From Isurus oxyrinchus (taxonomy: Eukaryota), in assembly GCA_026770705.1 (NCBI GenBank), contig JANJGN010000026.1, positions 37,758,001-37,822,000 on the forward strand: DNA of 64,000 nucleotides, given 5' to 3'. Made by a program: the position numbers and the translations under genes. Each line of letters opens with the position of its first letter. Within the stretch, counting starts at the first letter, position 1. Below, one piece after another: positions 61,450-64,000 of the stretch. The notes under the pieces are model-generated. The model was given only the letters and a program-made list of their open reading frames with translations. It was not told the DNA's origin and did not search any database.

Positions 61450-62760
61450 ATAAAAGCAAAATAGTGCGGATGCTGGAAATCTGAAAGAATAGCATAAAAT
61501 GCTGGGACATCACAGCAGGTCTGACAGCACCTGTGGTGAGAGAAGCAGAGCTAACTTTCTGAGACCGTATGACCTTCCTCAGAGCTAAAGAGAAGTCAAA
61601 ATGTGATGACATTTGCTGTTTAAGCGGGGTGGAGCAAGTCAGGCTGGATAGAAGACAAGCAATAGGGAGGAGTCAGGTGACACTGCCAAGCATATCGTAG
61701 GCAAACAGAAAAAGGGAGTGTTAATGGCAGTAGTAAGGCTAAAGTAGGTGTTAAAGAGTCATAAAGGTAAGAAAGCAGAATGTGTTAACAGCAGAGCCAG
61801 AATCAGCACACTGTGAAAGAACAACATGGGACAAGTAACTGATGGCCCTTTTGGGGGTGTGGTAGGGGTGGTTGGGGAAAAACAGTATAAAAATGAACAA
61901 AAAAGGGGATAAAAGAGGATAAAACAATGAATAAATGAATAAGGCTGTAAAGTGCATTATCGGAAGATGAGTTTCTGTTCCTCCAGTTTGCGCTGGGCTT
62001 CACTGGGGCAATGCAGCAGGTCAAAGAGGGACATGTGGGTATCAGAGAAGGATGGTGTGTTGAAATTGCAAGCGACAGGAAGGTCTAGGTCATGCTTGCA
62101 GATAGACCGAAGGTGTTCCTCAAAGCGGCCTGCCAGTCTGTGTTTGGTGTTCCCAATCTAGAGGAGACTGCATTGGGAGCATTGAATGCAGTCAACCAAA
62201 TTGAAGGAGGTGCAATGAAGCGGTGCTTCACCTGAAAGGAGTGTTTGGGCCCTTGGACGGTGAGGAGGGAGGAGGTAAATGGGCAGGTGTTGCATCTTCT
62301 CTGATTACTTGGGAATGTGCCATGGGAAGGTATGAGGTGTTGCGGATGATGGAGGAGTGGACCAGGGTGTCTCGGAGGGAATGGTCCCTGTGGAATGCTG
62401 ACAGGGGTGGGGGTGGAGTGGTGAGGGAAGGTATGTTTGGTGGTGGCATCATGTTGGAGTTGGCAGAAAAGTCGGAGGATGATCCTTCGAATGCTGGAGT
62501 GGTGGGATGAAATGTGAGGAAAAGGGGGACCTTATCATGATTCTGGGAGAGAGGGGAATGCGTGAAAGCAGAGACACAGAAGAGTGGTCAGACACGGTTG
62601 AGGGCCCTGTCAACCGCAGTGGGAGGGAAACCTTGGTTAAGGAAAAAGGAAGGCATGTCAGAAGCATCATTTTGGATAGTGGCATCATCGGAACAGATGC
62701 GAAGGAGGTGAACAAATTAAGAGAATGGAATGGCATTTTTCCAGCATTTTCTGTTTTATA
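61450..62760 (-). mobile_element. Penelope-like element (GIY-YIG region + pLTR; short inverted pLTR piece at 62738-62758)
   Basis: Minus strand ...CIQCSQCSLL*IGNTKHRLAGRFEEHLRSICKHD; FHRDHSLRDTLVHSS; homologous to 16990-17870. Confidence 0.8.
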
Positions 62761-63404
62761 TTACTGCATTGAACCCTTCCTCCGTTGACATTAGTCTCAG
62801 CCCTGTATAAGTAATTACTTCATTAGACCCTGTCTCAGTTTATATCAATCTAAACCCTGTATCGGTAATCACTGCACTAGGCCCTGTCTCAGCCTATAAT
62901 AATCCAGGCCCTGTATCAGGAATCACTGCACTAGACCCTGCCTCAGCTTATGTCAATCGAGGCCCTGTTTTAATAATTCCTATACATCCCCTGTTCAATT
63001 TATTTCACACCCTCATTTGTAACTGTAAACGCTAGATTACACTTAGCTTAAGTTATTGTTGTACAGGTGAACGTCACTGTTAATGGTACTATGGGCCTTA
63101 TCTTATTTATTATTACAGCCGTCCATATCTCTACTTGTGTTGCAATTGGTCCTTTCCCAGTTATCACTGCACCTGACGCTGCTGCTGTTTATATCATGCA
63201 TATCATGCGCCTGTTATTACTACATTAGGTCATGCTTCTGTGCACACTCCAATTAACCCTTTTCCAGTTCACACTGTAGTACAACCATGTTTTAATTTAT
63301 ATTTCACTGCAAATTGTGTTTCGTTATTTTATACTGAACCATGCTTCAGTTATCACTGCCCTTGACCTGCTGAACTTGTCTCACTGATGACTGTACCGGA
63401 CCAT

Positions 63405-64000
63405 ACGAACACACGAGTATACGAACAATGAGCATGAGTAGGCCATTCAGCCCCTCGAGCTTGCTCCACCATTTAATAATATCATGGCTAATCTGATAGT
63501 AACATGAAATCTGCATCCTGCTGACACCCGATAACTTATCACCCCCTTGCTTAGCAAGAATCTATCCACCTCTGCCTCAAGGCTCTGCTTCCACTGCCTT
63601 TTTAGGGAGCGAGTCCCAAAGACTGACAACCCTGAGAGTGAAAATATTCGCCTCATCTCTGTTTTACATGGCCGACACCTTATTTTTAAACAGTGACCCC
63701 TAGTTCTAGATTCTCCCACAAGAAGAAACATCCTCTCCACATCCACCCTGTAAAGGCCCCTCAGGATCTTATATATTTCAGTCAAGTCACCTCTTACTCT
63801 TCTAAACCCCAGAAGACATAAGACTAGCCTGTCCAACCATTCCTCAGTAGGCAACCCACCCATTCCAAGTGCTAATCTAATTAACCTTCTCTGAACCTCT
63901 TGCAACACATTTACATCCTTCCTTAAATAAAGTGACCAATACAGTGCACAATACACCAAACATGATCTCACTGGTGCCGTGTATAGCTGAAGCATAACTT
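63405..64000 (-). mobile_element. CR1/HER1-like LINE 3' portion
   Basis: ORF 63447-63995: LQLYTAPVRSCLVYC...RVRGDLTEIYKIL...GESRTRGH; HER1-type tail. Confidence 0.88.

Larger units (their letters stand above)
53435..63400 (+). repeat. 54-bp (2x27) satellite array interrupted by retroelements
   Basis: Alternating gaccctgtatcagtaatcactgcacta / ggccctgtctcagtttatattaatcta (clean at 59410-59500); decays toward 63400. Confidence 0.97.

Noticed and set aside
53397-61484. Many ORFs with (LDPVSVITALGPVSVYIN)n
   Set aside because: The 27-bp unit is a multiple of 3, but the array is full of stops and frameshifts; satellite, not a repeat protein.
53435-63400. CRISPR-like appearance of regularly spaced repeats
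   Set aside because: The intervening segments are themselves repeats, there are no unique spacers or cas genes, and the DNA is vertebrate.

Overview
Eukaryotic DNA from a cartilaginous fish (shark-type; the Ig proteins resemble, from memory, horn/nurse shark IgM). The core is one apparently intact, germline (unrearranged) IgM heavy-chain cluster on the minus strand, ~40.5-20.2 kb: leader, VH (23-RSS), D1 (12/22), D2 (12/12), JH (23-RSS), an 11.75-kb J-C intron, CH1-CH4, secretory tailpiece and TM1/TM2. All splice phases are compatible. To its left are a 10-finger C2H2 zinc-finger gene, an inverted decayed paralogue with a homologous promoter, and a group of decayed tRNA genes. To its right is a >10-kb 27/54-bp satellite. 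CR1/L2/RTE LINE, SINE and Penelope relics are interspersed. Most short ORFs in the track are artefacts of repeats. Best second-look items: (1) a 1.7-kb switch-region-like G-rich 23-bp repeat upstream of CH1; (2) minimal hammerhead-ribozyme motifs in the Penelope terminal repeats; (3) a second heptamer nested in the D1 22-bp RSS; (4) a stearoyl-CoA-desaturase fragment stranded in the J-C intron; (5) an orphan octamer/TATA/leader-like unit 12 kb upstream of VH. All calls were made by eye with no database search. Repeat boundaries are approximate.
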